Shown piece after piece: positions 25,201 through 38,566 of a stretch of DNA of 64,000 nucleotides. Position numbers and translations under genes: made by a program. The notes below the pieces were generated by a model that saw nothing but the letters and a program-made list of their open reading frames with translations, was not told the DNA's origin and ran no database searches. Source of the stretch: Octopus vulgaris (lineage: Eukaryota); the NCBI GenBank assembly GCA_951406725.2, contig OX597819.1, positions 95,418,001 through 95,482,000 on the forward strand. Direction: 5' to 3'. Within the stretch, counting starts at the first letter, position 1. The number at the start of each line of letters is the position of its first letter.

Positions 25201-28200
25201 TTGCTGCAAACCCAAATACCAAGCCATGGAAAACTAAAAGCAAGTTTGTACCTGTTGTGATTTTAGTTTTGATCAGGTGATTTTGATTGTCTAGATTGCT
25301 GTTATATGCCTGCAGTGTGACTGTGCGGAGTTCTGTTCTGTTTGCAGACGACATGTTCAGCACTGATTTTAGTTAGTCTAGAATGTAGCAACCCACTGCA
25401 TAAAATGTTATTGCGTTGAAGTTTGGTTTTGCTTACAATTTAGCAATCTTTGTTTGTATTGTATATTACTGTATTTTTAGTTGATTAAAACCATTTAAAC
25501 TTTAATATTCGAGTTTAGGTTTATAACAGTACCACCAAGTAAATATGTTATTTGACTTCAAGAGGTTCCATAATTGTAATGTGGATCAAGATCCACCTCA
25601 TAACCCTCATGTTACAGGTATGTTTACTTATTTATAAACATTAAAGTTAAGGCCGTGCTGTAACATTGATCTTGTCACAAAGATAGAAAAGACAGAAAAA
25701 AGTGAAGAAACTTACCTCAGTGACCTTCACAAATCCTGATAATTTTAAAGATGATATAAGTTGATCTTTGGTCTGTGTGGATTCTGGTGATGAGACTTTG
25801 AATATATGAAGCTGAGATGTTGGTTTTAGCACCTGGCACACGCTGGCCAATTGTTCTAGTTCAAATTTAAAGTCTTTTGATAAAACCATACCAAACACAG
25901 CAGAGTCAAATTTTGTTCCATCATATTCACCTAGCAACAAAATAAGCATGATTACAATGGTAATAACAAGAATCTTTTACATTTGCACAAGCTTTTCATA
26001 ACTCTTTAGCATTTAAACAAGCCATACCCAGCCCAAATATTCTACTTTTTTTTATGTCCAAACCAGCCACATTAGACCTCTTACACCTACCCTACAATGT
26101 CTCAAAATATACAATCACATCGTCAAAATGTCAAAGCTACAAGATAAACCAGGATTAATTCAAAACAATGTGAATGAATAAGCATCACATTTGATAATTT
26201 GGATGGATGTAGTCAATTTGACAACGGATTTGTAGAATCATTAGAACCAACCTATATCAGGTTCAAGAGGGCTATATTTAACTGTTTTTAATGCAATAAA
26301 GTAGCTAAGTTGACTTCACAGTCTTATTTAAAAAATCCAAAATGTGAATAGGAAAATTTTCAACAAGTACAGATTGTCACAGGTTCTTTATTTAACTGGT
26401 AGTTATTTTATTCTGGCCTTCTGCATTCTGAGTTGTGCACACACACACTCAGACCAGCACTGGTCGAATAAAAACAGTGCAACAGGAATTCTTTATGGTA
26501 AAGCTGTTCAATCGAGTTATTCCCCTTTACATCATTATCATCATCGTTTAACGTCCGCTTCCCATGCTGGCATGGGTTGAATGGTTTGACTGGGGACTGG
26601 CAATCCAGGAGGCTGTACCAGGATCCAATCTGATCTGGCAAGGGTTCTACAGCTGGATGCCCTGCAAAATATATTGTGCTTTCATTTGTTTCTACATCAT
26701 ATGTATCTCTATCAACCTATTTATCATTTTATATATTCTCTTATTCTTTTGTTTGTTTCAGTCATTAGACTGTGGCCATGCTGGGGCACCACCTCGAAGA
26801 ATTTTAGTTGAAGGAATCGACTCTAGTACTTATTTTTTTAAGCTTGGTACTTATTCTATTGGTCTCTTTTGCTGAACCACTAAGTTACAGTGACACACCA
26901 ACATTTATTATGAAGTGGTGGTGGAAGACTCACACACACACACACAATATCCACTCACAAAGCTTTGGTCAGCCCAAAGCTATAGTAGGAGACACTTGCC
27001 CAAGATACCACAAAGTGGGAATGAACCCAGAGCCGTATGGTTGGGAAGCAAACTTCTTACTACAGAGCTACGCCTGCACCTATATTATATATATGTATCA
27101 TTGCTATCTAGTAGCCCCTCAAACTCAATATATACACAGGTCTTTCACCACTTACTTGCAATCTTTAATCGCACTCCCTTCACAATATCTTGTCACTTAT
27201 ATTGTGGCATTTGAACCTCAAGGGTATGACCTGGCACTTGCCACTATCTACATCTCGCTTTTCCTTTGCTCAACCATATCATTTATACTCTGATCCTCTT
27301 TCCTTGTGAGCATGCCTGGCATTTTGCCACCATCTCCATCCTGCTGTCTCCCACTCTCTCTCCTTCTCCTGCACTTCCCTCAGGATGGGCAACCATGTAT
27401 TTCCTTTGCTGTAGCACACCTGTTGCTGTCTTCATTCCTGATCTTTCTCTCTTCAGCCGGGTAACTTTGTACTTCCTCTTCAGCAAGACACCTATATCTG
27501 TCTCACTCTAACCTTTTCATCATCACCTCTTCCAATGCCTCCTCCCCTCTTAAAAGTTTTTGTCTTGCAAGTACTTGGTGACCCAGTCAGTGCAGCTGCC
27601 ACTTAAAAACACCTAGTCCACACTGTTAAGTGGTTGGTATTTGGAAGGGCATGCAGCTGTAAAAACCTTGCCAAAACTGACTTCACCTGTGCTTGTACCA
27701 CATAAAAAGCACTAAGTTTACTCTGCTGAGTGGTTGGCATTAGAAAGGGCAACCAGCTGTAAAAACCCTGCCAAAACAGTCACAAAAGTCTGGTGCAGGC
27801 TTCAGCCTGGTCGGCTCTTGTGGTATCGTGAACACAGACGTTAAATGATGATGATGATATATATAAGCCAAGTAAAATCTCTGTCATCCATACATACAGG
27901 CTTGTCTTTTACAGGCACTGGTGCCACATAAAATTGACTCATGCTGGTGCATAAACATACCCATGTCAGTGGCATGTAGAAAGTAACCAGCACACCCTGC
28001 AAAGGGTATCCAGCTGTAGAAACCATGCCACAACAGACAATTGGAGTCTGACCGGCTCCTATCAAACGATCCAACCCATGCCAGCATGGAAAACAGACGT
28101 TAAACGATGATGATATATAGCAATTTCATTTAGGTATTAATGCCAAAGTTTACTCTTGTACAGAATATAGACTCCATCAAGTGCCAGGTGGGGAAACTAG

Positions 28201-29995
28201 AAGTAGTTGATAGCTTCCATTACCTAGGTAACCAAGTCAGGAGCGGGGATGGGTGCTCCAAGAGCATAGCTGCTGGAAAAAGAATAGGTTGGGTAAAATT
28301 CAAAGAGCTCTTACCTCTGTTGGTAACAAAGGGCCTCTCCCTCAGAGTAAAAGATAGATTGTATGATACCTGTGTGTGAACAACCTCACTACATGACAGT
28401 GAAACTTGGGCAGTGATTGCTAAGGACATGTGTAGGCTTGAAAGAAATGAAACTAGTATGCTTTGCTAGATGTGGAATGTTAATGTGCATATACAACAGA
28501 GTGTAAACGTCTTGAGAGAAAAGTTGGGCATAAGAGGCATCGGATGTGGTGTGCAAGAGAGACAACTGCACTGGTATGGTCATATGATGCCTATGGATGT
28601 GGACAGCTGTGTGAAATGCAAATCTCTATCAGTGCAAGGAAGTTGTGGTAGAGATGGACCCAGGAAGACATGGGACAAGGTGGTGAAGCATGATCTTAAA
28701 ATGATGGGCAATGCCTAGTGACCGAGACGTTTGGCAATACACTGTGCTTGAGAAGATTCATCAAGCGAAATCATAGTCATGACAAATACTGGAGTCATGC
28801 AACTGGTACCCATGCCAGTGGCATGTAAAAGCACTCATTATACTCTTGGCATGGTTGGCATTAGGAACGGTAACCAATGGCTCAAACCTGTAGCAGAGTG
28901 AAAGAATAAAGGCATGTGTGAGAACTACAAGAGCCTCTACATGATTACTCAATTTCCTAGAAATACTAACCAAATTCCCATCAAATCACACCTTACTAGG
29001 AGATCATATATATATATATATATATACTAGCAGTATCGCCCGGCGTTGCTCGGGTTTGTAAGGGAAATAACTATATAAGCATTTTTAGAGATGTAAAGTA
29101 TAATAGCCATCTCAATATGGCTAACCACAAAGGGGGGTGTTACTGTAGCTTTTTACGTTCTGAGATTTAATAATACATTTTTAGAGAGTTATTTCCCTTA
29201 TATAATAGCAAAAAAATGCATTAAAAAATGGGAAAAAATGATGGTAAATTTTTTTTTAAATCATAGACTCATCGTAGACGCGCACTAATACCCAGAAGGG
29301 CTCAATATGAATCACGACTATAAGATACCCGCTTTTGGTTACACTGCACCGCAAAATGTGGGAGTAGTTAGGAATCTAAATCGTAGGAGACAGACACACA
29401 ACTTTAGTTTTATATATAAAGATATATATATATATGGATGACCTGGGGATAAACAACAACAGTGTCATGCACCAGATTGCACAGAATCTGGAACCTGACA
29501 GAACAAACCTATCATCAAAATAGGCATTCCAGTCATGACCACAACAGCTTTATATTTATCAGCAACTGCATTGTTCAAGATGTGATTTGAGGGAAATTTG
29601 GCTGCTAGGTCAAGCAACCAGACAGAGCAATGGTTCTGGCAAGTGTGCTGCAAAGAATATCAAGGTGTGCTGTGATCTAAAAAAATATAATCTATGGTTT
29701 TAGAATACCTATGACTATAAGATTGCTAAATCAGGGTTCAGCTGGTGAGCGCTAATCAACAACCACCACAATTGTGTCGTAATAGGAATAACATATAAAA
29801 TTTAAATTTTAAGGAAGAGAAGAATGTTAACATACTTAATTTATTTAAATCTAGTGTTAGCACTTTACCAGCAACGCCTGTTGTTGCTTTTAGAAGGTCC
29901 GGCAAGCCAGTAAAATAGGTATTGTCTCCCTTGGTTAAAACAAGAATTTGCTGTCCAGATTCTACTGGGAACACTTCAGCAATTATTTCTGCCAT
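11776..29995 (-). CDS. CIAPIN1: Anamorsin (CIAPIN1/Dre2), spliced CDS, 3'-incomplete: join(29995..29836, 25930..25716, 22638..22482, 19030..18899, 11891..11776)
   Basis: Five GT-AG exons (160+215+157+132+116 = 780 nt) with compatible phases 1,0,1,1,0. Translation has [16 protein letters not shown], the acidic linker [34 protein letters not shown] and [29 protein letters not shown], all typical of anamorsin. No stop codon found in the window. Confidence 0.95.
14055..15625. repeat. Compound (TA)n/(CA)n/(TACA)n microsatellite and minisatellite field interrupted by an RTE tail
   Basis: Arrays at 14055-14525 and 15015-15625 with a recurring catacataatatacatatacacac-like unit; source of the many YI/CV ORFs. 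Confidence 0.95.
14526..15014 (-). mobile_element. RTE-type LINE 3'UTR fragment
   Basis: (CAT)n then ccatgctagcatgggttggacg and internal ggtgctttt..tgccacc repeats; (TA)n on both sides. Confidence 0.8.
17845..18270 (-). mobile_element. Two tandem copies of a second SINE family (also 31080-31295, 35675-35868; + strand at 49617-49793)
   Basis: aggcacaaggcctgaaatttt...aaggatgaaaggcaaagtcgacctc...gaatttgaactcagaa...gattctgccagctcacc; B-box GTTCAAATTC on the minus strand. Confidence 0.75.
18899..19030 (-). CDS. CIAPIN1: CIAPIN1 coding exon 4 (acidic linker)
   Basis: tttttag| acceptor, G|gtgagt donor; [36 protein letters not shown]. Not in the ORF track. Confidence 0.95.
19291..19643 (-). mobile_element. 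RTE-type LINE 3'UTR fragment in (TA)n
   Basis: Same tail and internal repeats as other copies; TA arrays on both flanks. Confidence 0.82.
19730..20800 (-). mobile_element. Old RTE/BovB-like reverse transcriptase remnant (may extend to ~22250)
   Basis: Minus-strand frames give [45 protein letters not shown] and [16 protein letters not shown], matching RTE RT blocks; many stops. Confidence 0.75.
22482..22638 (-). CDS. CIAPIN1: CIAPIN1 coding exon 3 (LPEVKLS...[21 protein letters not shown])
   Basis: ttttgcag| acceptor, A|gtaagg donor; KPxYxxGS motif. Confidence 0.92.
24950..25130 (+). mobile_element. CR1/L2-like LINE RT C-terminal remnant
   Basis: [17 protein letters not shown] resembles the SFFxRTxxxWNxLP motif. 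Confidence 0.5.
25716..25930 (-). CDS. CIAPIN1: CIAPIN1 coding exon 2 ([12 protein letters not shown]...[11 protein letters not shown])
   Basis: ttgctag| acceptor, GAG|gtaagt donor; methyltransferase-like region with VLKP and LKLSGF. Confidence 0.93.
26736..27080 (-). mobile_element. tRNA-derived SINE (same family as 62597-63011)
   Basis: ttgtttcagtcatt..actgtggccatgctgg...central (CA)n...gacacttgcccaag...aacttcttac. Confidence 0.8.
28140..28870 (+). mobile_element. RTE-type LINE RT C-terminal fragment, decayed
   Basis: [49 protein letters not shown]; stops and frameshifts. Confidence 0.9.
29027..29422 (-). mobile_element. Non-autonomous Helitron, complete
   Basis: Minus strand: 5' A|TCTTTATATATAAAA ... 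hairpin CCCGAGCAACGCCGGG ... CTAG|T 3'; sits in (TA)n. Confidence 0.85.
29836..29995 (-). CDS. CIAPIN1: CIAPIN1 first coding exon ([19 protein letters not shown]...DLNKL)
   Basis: Acceptor ctttcaccag one nt before ATG at 29995; donor A|gtatgt; phase 1. Confidence 0.88.
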
Positions 29996-30295
29996 GCTGG
30001 TGAAAGAAAGAGTAATAAATGATAAATTAAGCATTAATCAATTAATAGATTTTTGTTTAAGACTTAAGAGCAATAAAGGATAAATTAAGTATTAATTAAT
30101 TAATGGGTTTTATTTCCAGAAGAGACTGGGACAATTGAGAAATCTAACACGTCTTGGAGTATCACAGTGCATCACATACAATAAAACACTGCAAAAAATA
30201 TGCAAAGCATTCCATTTTCAACCAAATGCAGAAGCGATGTATCTAGATCTGTAGGGATGACTCAAAAGAAGTCAACTAGATACCTATGTGTTATA

Positions 30296-30935
30296 ACCAG
30301 GTTGAGTTAAAAGTTTCTTCACATTTCAAGCTTTTATTTATGGTTCAAACAAATTACATTTATTCATCAAAATATATCCCATCATATCGTATTGTGTTGC
30401 CACTGTTGTGCCAAATCTCAATTCCACACTCATATGGTTTGGCCAGTTTCAAAGCAAAAAATTCCCTACACCCACTTTCAATTTCATCCACATTGTTGAA
30501 TCTTCGTCTGTGCAGGAAATGGACCATGACTTGGAAAAGGTGGTAATCTGATGGTGCAAGGTCTGGATTGTAGGCAGGGAGATGCAGCACTTCCAGCCTC
30601 TCAAGTTCCCTACACATTGGCAGTGTGTGCAGGGTACTGACATGCTGTATGGGTGCATCTTCGATTGACTAATGGTGGATAGCAGGCTTTCAAAGCATCA
30701 TATACTTGCTGCAGTTGTTGGGCATAAAGGTTAGTTATCACAGCATGACCATCTGGGACAAGCTCAAAGTGCAACACATACTCAAAATTCCACCAAATAC
30801 ACAATGTAACTTTATATGCAAACCACCCTTGTTTGATCATAAGTTGGAATGAAGCAACTGACTTCTATTAGGATTACAAAATCATTACAAAAATCATTAC
30901 AGAAAAACCTAAAGAATTTTTGGACTCAACCTGAT
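30296..30935 (-). mobile_element. Internally deleted mariner element with both TIRs
   Basis: KVTLCIWWN, YAQQLQQV, HLPAYNPDLAPSDYHLF (YSPDLAP motif), DGIYFDE*; TIRs ccaggttgagttaaaagtttctt / aagaatttttggactcaacctga near TA. Confidence 0.9.
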
Positions 30936-32379
30936 AAGCCTGCATAGAGAGTTGACTGGGACTACTTGAGAGTAACTATACTAGATATTCACACCAGCTT
31001 AATTTTAATAGCAGAAAAATATATATCACCAAGCCATATATTTTTTTTAATATTAGTTCCACCATGATGTAAATATAATAATCCTTTCTACTATAGGCAC
31101 AAGGCCTGAAATTTTGGGGGAGGGGACTAGTCAATTACATCAACCCCAGTGTTTTACTGGTACTTAATTTATCAACCCTGAAAGGATGAAAGACAAAGTC
31201 GACCTCAGTGGAATTTGAACTCAAAACATAAAGATGGATGAAATGCCACTAAACATTTTGCCCGGTGTGTTAACAATTCTGCCAGCTCACCACCTTTGAT
31301 GTGAATGTAATAATATATAATAATTAGTATTGTGATTGATAAAGGATTAAACATATTTTAATTGAAACTTAGTTTTTTTTTTAATGTAGTTGTTTACAAT
31401 GCAAAAAAAAAGAATGAAAAAATTTTAATGTTGCCAAAAAGCCAACAGGTTTCACGGTGGGCAATGCTTAGTTTAAGTTGAGAAACAAATCTCCTTCTAG
31501 ACAGGACTATAATCTATCAAAGACAGACTGTATATGTACTTCTGATTTAAATTATTTCTTATTGACCTGGCTGCAGCAAGTAAATCCACAGCATTGTAAA
31601 CAGAAGCTGGCCACACTTACTAATCACAGACGCCCTTAGATTCAGTATCATCAAAGCTGAACAACAGAGTTTGATGTTCACTCACAGTACTTAAAAGGTC
31701 ACTACACATTGCATTCACAGTGTGATCACCTCGGCCAAATAAAATCTATCCCATGCAGGCTCAGTGTAATACTGTGACCACTAAAACAGATCAAGTGTGA
31801 AAGTATGAGTTCAGTACTATAACCATCCAATCCAGTATGCATGTCCCAGGATCTAATGGCTACTAGTGGCATTGGGCTTTGCATTTTCAAGATTCGTACA
31901 GCAAGTTTCTGTCACCATCATCCTCATCATCGTTTTAACAGCTACCTTTCCCTGCAGAATTTGCTAAGGTAAATTTCTTACAACCAGATGCTGAATTGGC
32001 AGTTTTGCTGTATTTTTCCAACTATCTGTGCTCTGTGTTCAAATCCTCCCATGGTCAGCTTTGCCTGTCATCCTTTTGGAATCTGAAGATCCTATATGGA
32101 CTACTACACTACCTGGCTAACTCTTAGGATCATTTGAAGGAGTACTTTTTTTGCAAGACCTTTGTTATGACCTGAAAGTAATCCATTCAGTTGGGATATC
32201 TTTCTCTTTCACCTCCACCAGCCTAGACAGTCCTATAAAGGAGTCATGAGCATAACATTATCCTTCCTCATCTGAGAAAGCATTGAAATGAATGTTCCTT
32301 TATTTCCAACCTCCACCTTCATTGTTACAGAAGTTATCAAGACAGCAGTATAAAACTTAATCAAGTCCTTACAACAGAC

Positions 32380-32640
32380 CATTGTAGTGGTCGTTATATT
32401 TCTACTTACGCATAGATATGGTAGATTTCAATTACAGTACTTTAAAATTAATCTGTCCATCAACTCATCAGTTAGGAAGCCCTTCACCATTACTCTCACT
32501 GATAAATATGAACACAGAATTCTAATTATCAAAGTCGGCAGAGTTATGTCCCCTGCAAAAAAGTCGCCCATACAAATACTTAAAATGTGAAAACAATCCG
32601 AAATGGCACCCCAATGAATTTTTTTTTTTATCATTCCAAA
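32380..32640 (-). mobile_element. Possible decayed pogo/Tigger-like DDE transposase fragment
   Basis: FAGDITLPTLII and VRVMVKGFLTDELMDRLI loosely resemble ADGxKLPPxIIF and GWMxxELxxxW. Confidence 0.3.
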
Positions 32641-33104
32641 CATAATTCTAACTCATACAAAGACTAGTAAATGAAACAGCTTGTAAGTGGTCACTCAACC
32701 TACTGGAAATAGCAGCAAAATCTCCCTAAAATCACACGAGATTTTCACCGTTGATTATCAAAATTGTGTTCGATCAGAGTTGACCTGAGACTGACTAAAT
32801 ACCATCATTCACAAGTCAGTGATTGAAACCATATTACCTTCAACCCAAAATTAATCACATTAGTTACCCACTATTAATTGTAAATATGACTGCCTTGTAT
32901 AGGGGGGGGAAAGGGAGAAAATAAGCTAGGAAAAAATGAGTAATTTCTTATTTCTCATTATTTTCTTCTTGCTTGTTTGAAATCTTTACACTGAAAGTAT
33001 TGCATCATCTTTAAGAGTAAAAAATGGTCAGTGTAGATGTTATTGTTGAAGCTTGAGAGAGTCCAAAACATAGTCAGATGGCAGGTCCACTTTTTCAAAA
33101 AATT

Positions 33105-33410
33105 TTTCCTCAGCCTTGACTTGATTGTAATTAAGGTTACTAATAAAAAAAAATCTGGATAATTTTATGTTTAACAATCAATATTCTTTTCTTTCTTGGA
33201 TTCCAAGTCAATTTTCTCCCACACTAATGTCTAATTTGATCATTTTCAAGTTGCAAAAAGTGATTTCTAAAATGAAGTAATATGAGTAATGACTAATTTC
33301 AATAATTTCTTCTCTTTAACTGCATGGTGCATAAATATATTGGTAAAAGAGCCACTTCAGAAGATCATGAAGAAGCTATAGAGAATATTTTATGGTGAAG
33401 TTTTTATATA
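33105..33410 (+). repeat. Interspersed repeat, uninterrupted copy; second copy at 43545-44300 carries a MITE
   Basis: Shared ccacactaatgtctaatttgat...gactaatttcaataat...agagccact...agatcatgaagaagctatagagaatattttatg. Confidence 0.75.
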
Positions 33411-35262
33411 TTTAGTCATGTTTTGTTAATTTCATATCACGTGCCATTTTCCATGATCCTCTTTCATTTGACCTAGACAGTTTAAATTTTTTTCACATTT
33501 CTGATCTTTCTGATATCTAGGGATGGTTATTGAGTTTGTTTTCAAAAGGGATTCTCGAGAAGAGAAGCGGCAAATTTACCTAATCTTGGCTTACACATTT
33601 CCCCCCAGCTGAATTTGTCTTTTATATGCTCAAAGAAAATGATAATATTCTGAAATCACTATATTAAATCATGTTATGTATTTAATGCACTTAGAGGTCA
33701 TTCGCTTAGCTGATATAGATTTTCTAATCATATGAAATGATTTTGATGACAATAACATTCTAATAACACTGTCCACTATGTTATCAGAAAATTACTGTCA
33801 CCAAAATCAGTTGGCCAAAGTATTTGCTATATTCTCTGCTTAATGCTATCAAACCCTGTCATAACCTAAGAGGCTCTGTGCCAAATTGATCATATAAGTG
33901 ACTTTCATTGCATTTTCTTTTAAATGATTACAAAACCACTATTTATTTATCTACAAAAAAATGTATAGTTGACTAAATAAACACTAGCATTTTACTAGCA
34001 TTCATTCTAATAAGTAAGAAGAGGAATGAAAGGCAACAGCAATTCAGGTGAAACTTGAACTCCAACAATCAAATTTTGTCTTTTATGAATATATGAACAT
34101 TGATTGAATTAAATTAACCAAGTCTAAAAGAGTTTGAATAAAAAAAAAAAGCTACAATACAACAATTTTTACTTCTAGCTATAAAAAAATTTTGAATATG
34201 TTTTTATGTTATAAACAAAGCTACTTTTTAGAGGGCATGAAAAGTTATCAACTACTCTTACTCACCCTTATAAAATGTTGGGTAGCCTTGTATACCCTCT
34301 ATAAGCAAGCCTCATGGGCTTGCTCTTCCATCACACTTTAGCCTCTCAACACATGGCATAGAACTTCACCTCTCAAACACTGACTGCCCCTTTAGTCCAG
34401 GAGGTTTTTTTTCTTTTAACCCCATTTCCTTCTCACTAGTAGTGGCATGCAGAAAAGCACCCAGTACACTCTATAGAGTGGCTGGCATTAGGAAAGATAT
34501 CTAGCCATAGCAACCATGCCAAAGCAGACACAGGAGCTCCATGCAGTCATGCAACTCCCCAGATTCTGTTAAACTATCCAACTCATTCCAGTATGGCATA
34601 TGGACATTAAATTATGATAGTGATGATGAGCCATCTCTGCAAATTGATAGAAGTCAAACTAAAATTTTCCACTAGGCTTCTTAAACTGAGAAGTGAGGTT
34701 TCTAGATTGGAAAGCAAGAGGGAAAAGAAAAGAAATTTAAACTAATAAACATATGAGCAAAATTTTATTACAGGTAAGAAAATATACTGTGTATATATTC
34801 ATAATATATCTTTATAAATATCCTAATTTTTTATGTCTACTCCCAAACAAAACTGTATGTCAACTTAATGATTCTATCACCATTACACAGCTATGCTTAG
34901 GAATTCTAATAATAATAAAACAAGTCTGGTGTTGCCTTCCATACATACCAAACCAATTAAAATAAAATTTATTAGTCATTGAGTTAATGCCTTTTCCTCA
35001 CACATAAATATTTCTAACTAGATCTTTTGTAATTAACTTCAGTAATTCAATTTTTTATTATAGTTTTAATTATAGATTATATTAATATATATTACATAAC
35101 ATTACATTTATACATATGCAAATGTGGCTGTGTAGTTAAAAAACTTGTTTCCTAACCAGTCTTACTGTGCAGCAGCTTAGGCAAGTGTGTCTACTGTAGC
35201 CTTGGGCCAACTAAAGCCTTGTGAGGAGATTTGGTAGCTAAAACTGAAAGAAACCTGTCATG

Positions 35263-35295
<33 letters not shown>

Positions 35296-37801
35296 CATCA
35301 CATGATGCTTGTAAATGAGCATCAGCAATCATATGAGCAAAATTGCTCATTTCCAGTCCTCTGTAAAAACCTGTCTATGGAAAAATATATATATATCACA
35401 TATATTGTCATGTTGCCAATAAAACATATGCACTAGTTGTATTTCACTTCTATCTTATTAGCAACGAAACACATATTTAGTTGATAAATATATTAATTAA
35501 CTGAATAATTAGTTTGTCAAAGTTATGCTAGCATGGAAAGCAGACATTAAATAATGATGATGATGATTTCATCACAGCATCATCACTGATCATGTGTCCC
35601 TCATGTACCAATATATGTACTAAAAAGTAAGAAAGAAGTGATATCACAAAGGAGACACACAAGGAATATATTAGTTTCAAATTTTATCACAGGGCCAGGA
35701 ATTTTGGGGAAGGGTCTAAGTCAATTACATCAACTCCAGCCCAGTGCCCAACTGGTACTTTATTTTATAGACCCTAAGAGGATAAAAGGCAAAGATGACT
35801 TCAGCAGAATTTGAACTCAGAACATAAAGATGGACAAAATGCTAACAATTCTGCCAACTCACCACCCTGCATGAGGGATATACAGGAATGGACAAAATTA
35901 GGTATGCAGTTGCTTAATATGAGTGAAATGTTCTTTTCATTTCTTTATTTCTTTTTTGAAACCTAAGCGATTTATAAGTTGACTATGGGATCTGCCTAAT
36001 TTATAGGAAGCCCTTTTTTTTTTTTAATTTCTGGGGACTTTCAGTGAATGCTTGAGTCACTCATATTAAGCAAATGTATACCTACTTATGCCCACAGGCT
36101 GTGACAAAAGAACTTTGACAAACCAGTTAATTTCGTTAGGAGGGAAGGCAGTGCCACTAACATTTTACCAGGCTTCTGAGACAGACAGGAGGAGGAAGGA
36201 GACGACCAAAATTTTTAGGCACTCAAGGTGTCAGCTAGTCACATTAAACTAGGATTAAGTGCATCACCCAAATAGGGCCTTGGCAAGATTTGAACACAGA
36301 AATGCAATGAACTAGAACAAACACCACAAGGTATCTAGTCTTCTTACAATTTCACTGATTCACTTCACTGCCCTATAGTGATACAGTTTTACTGAGCTTG
36401 AAACGTTGAAAGATAAAGTAGGATTTGTACTTGAAGTGTATAAATTTGAAACAAAATAACATGTGGAATTTTATCCTAAGCTTTAATGACTGCCAATTTG
36501 ATTATTAATTGATAATAAAACAGAAATGAAAGATTGCCAATGCATGTGTTTTAGTAACAGTACAACTCTCTGAAAGTACAACAGTATCTGTTCAAACAAG
36601 TGATTCCACATCAAGGATCTTGCAAGATATGAAATATCTCATCATCATCATTCAACATCCAGCTTCCATAGTGGCATAAACTGGGTGTTATAACAGCATC
36701 TAATGAATGAGAGGACTGCATCATGCACCAGTGTCTTCTTTCACATGTATGCGCTTTCCAACACCAACCATTTTACAGAGTGTACTGGATGCTTTTTTTA
36801 TGGTACCAGCACTAGTGATGACTACCTTGTAATTTTCAAGTACAAGGCCTTAAAGTGATCACTGTAACTGGGTAATGAGAGAATGACAAGTTAGAGGAGA
36901 GTCTGGGGAAGTACGGCAGGAAACAAGAGAGAAAAGTGATAAGTGCAAAAGCATCACAAATGAGGAAACAGTGGAGAGGACAGAGAGAGAAGTCAGGGAA
37001 AACAAAGGTTAATGAACAAACTGTCCACTCACAGCACACTCTCAGCAAAGTTACCTCTATTGCCACCCAACACCTCCTCTTACCTTTATCTCATTACCTG
37101 CCCTTACACCTTAACATTAATAAATACACTTGTGAAAAGAATATTGATGATGATAGCTCATTTTCAGATCATGTAAATCCATGCAAACTGAATACACTTT
37201 TTCAAAAATGATGCATTGTTTACTTAAGTTTAAATATTGTTGATTAACTGTATATATCAGTCCCAACCCATCAAGCAGACAAATGATCAAATGCAACCCA
37301 TCCATGATCATCCTGTTTAACTAGCTAACAAAGAACTTCTATGTCTTGACTTAACCTGCAAGGAGATATAAGCAAAATTTCTTCAAATTATACACTACTG
37401 TCTTTATAAAAAGACACCTAGTCATACCTGTTTGACTTTAATTTTTAATATTCTGAAAAAAGTTTAATCAAACTTATCTAGAAAGTGCAGATCTATCAAA
37501 ATATAGAAAGCAATTATATTTTAACCTGTTCCTAAGATTTTATAACTCTGGATCATACAATTTTTATGACTAGTAAATTCTTTTAAAAATTACTCGATAA
37601 GTTAAAAGTTATATTTGCAATGGTATAAACAAAATCCTTTTAATTTCTGATCATAACATAATTTATGTCAACTAAAATTTGAACTTTTCTATTGACATCT
37701 CTTCCATTTCAATATGGAGTAGACCTACAACTTAAGAGATGCTGCACACTAACACATGCCAGTTCACTTTCACCAGTAGTTCCTATCTGCAGCAAGGTCA
37801 A

Positions 37802-38566
37802 CATCATCATCCTCATCGTTTAACGTCTGTTCTCCATGCTAGCATGGGTTGGACGGTTCGACCGGGGATCTGGGAAGCCAGAAGGCTGCACCAGGCTCCG
37901 GTCTTATCTGGCAATGTTTCTACAGCTGGATGCCCTTCCTAACGCCAACCACTCCGTGAGTGTAGTGGGTGCTTTTTACGTGCCACCTGCACTGGTGCCA
38001 GGCGAGGCTGGCATCAGCCACGGTCGGATTGGTGCATTTTATGGAAGCCAGTCGAAGCGGCACTGGCTTCGGCTATGATTCGGATGGTGCTTTTTACGTG
38101 CCACCGACACGGAAGCCAGTCGAGGTGGTGCTGGCATCGGCCACAATTCAGATGGTGCATTTTATGGAAGCCAGTCGAGGCGGCACTGGCTTCGGCCACG
38201 ATTCGGATGGTGCTTTTTACGTGCCACCGACACGGAAGCCAGTCGAGGCGGCGCTGGCATCAGCCACAATTCGGATAGTGCTTTTTACGTACCTCCAGTC
38301 CCAGGGCCCTGGCATCTGCCGGGTGCTAGTCATAGGATTGGTTCAATTTCAATTTCACTTGCCCCAACAGGTCTTCGCAAGCAAGGGGGGGTTGCCATAG
38401 GTGCCTGTCGTCGGATGAGGTTCGATATCGACTTCGCTTGCCTCAACAGGTCTTTGTGTGTCCAAGGGGGGAAAGGCATGCATAAGTGGGCTGGACTCAC
38501 TTGTCCTGCTTGGTCTTCTCACGCACAGCATATTTCCAAAGGTCTCGGTCGCCGGTCATTTCCTCA
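37802..38566 (-). mobile_element. Young RTE-type LINE 3' end (ORF tail plus full 3'UTR)
   Basis: Closely matches the reverse complement of 54966-55631; CpG-rich; (CAT)n tail at left. Confidence 0.9.

Noticed and set aside
25272-25370. C/D snoRNA-like ATCAG...CTGAT boundaries
   Set aside because: The host-strand C box is GTGCTGA, lacking the essential GA; the + strand GTGATTT is also poor; no guide recognised.
37960-38300. CRISPR-like repeat-spacer appearance of ggtgctttttacgtgccac units
   Set aside because: The intervening parts are themselves homologous, the context is a eukaryotic LINE 3'UTR, and there are no cas genes.
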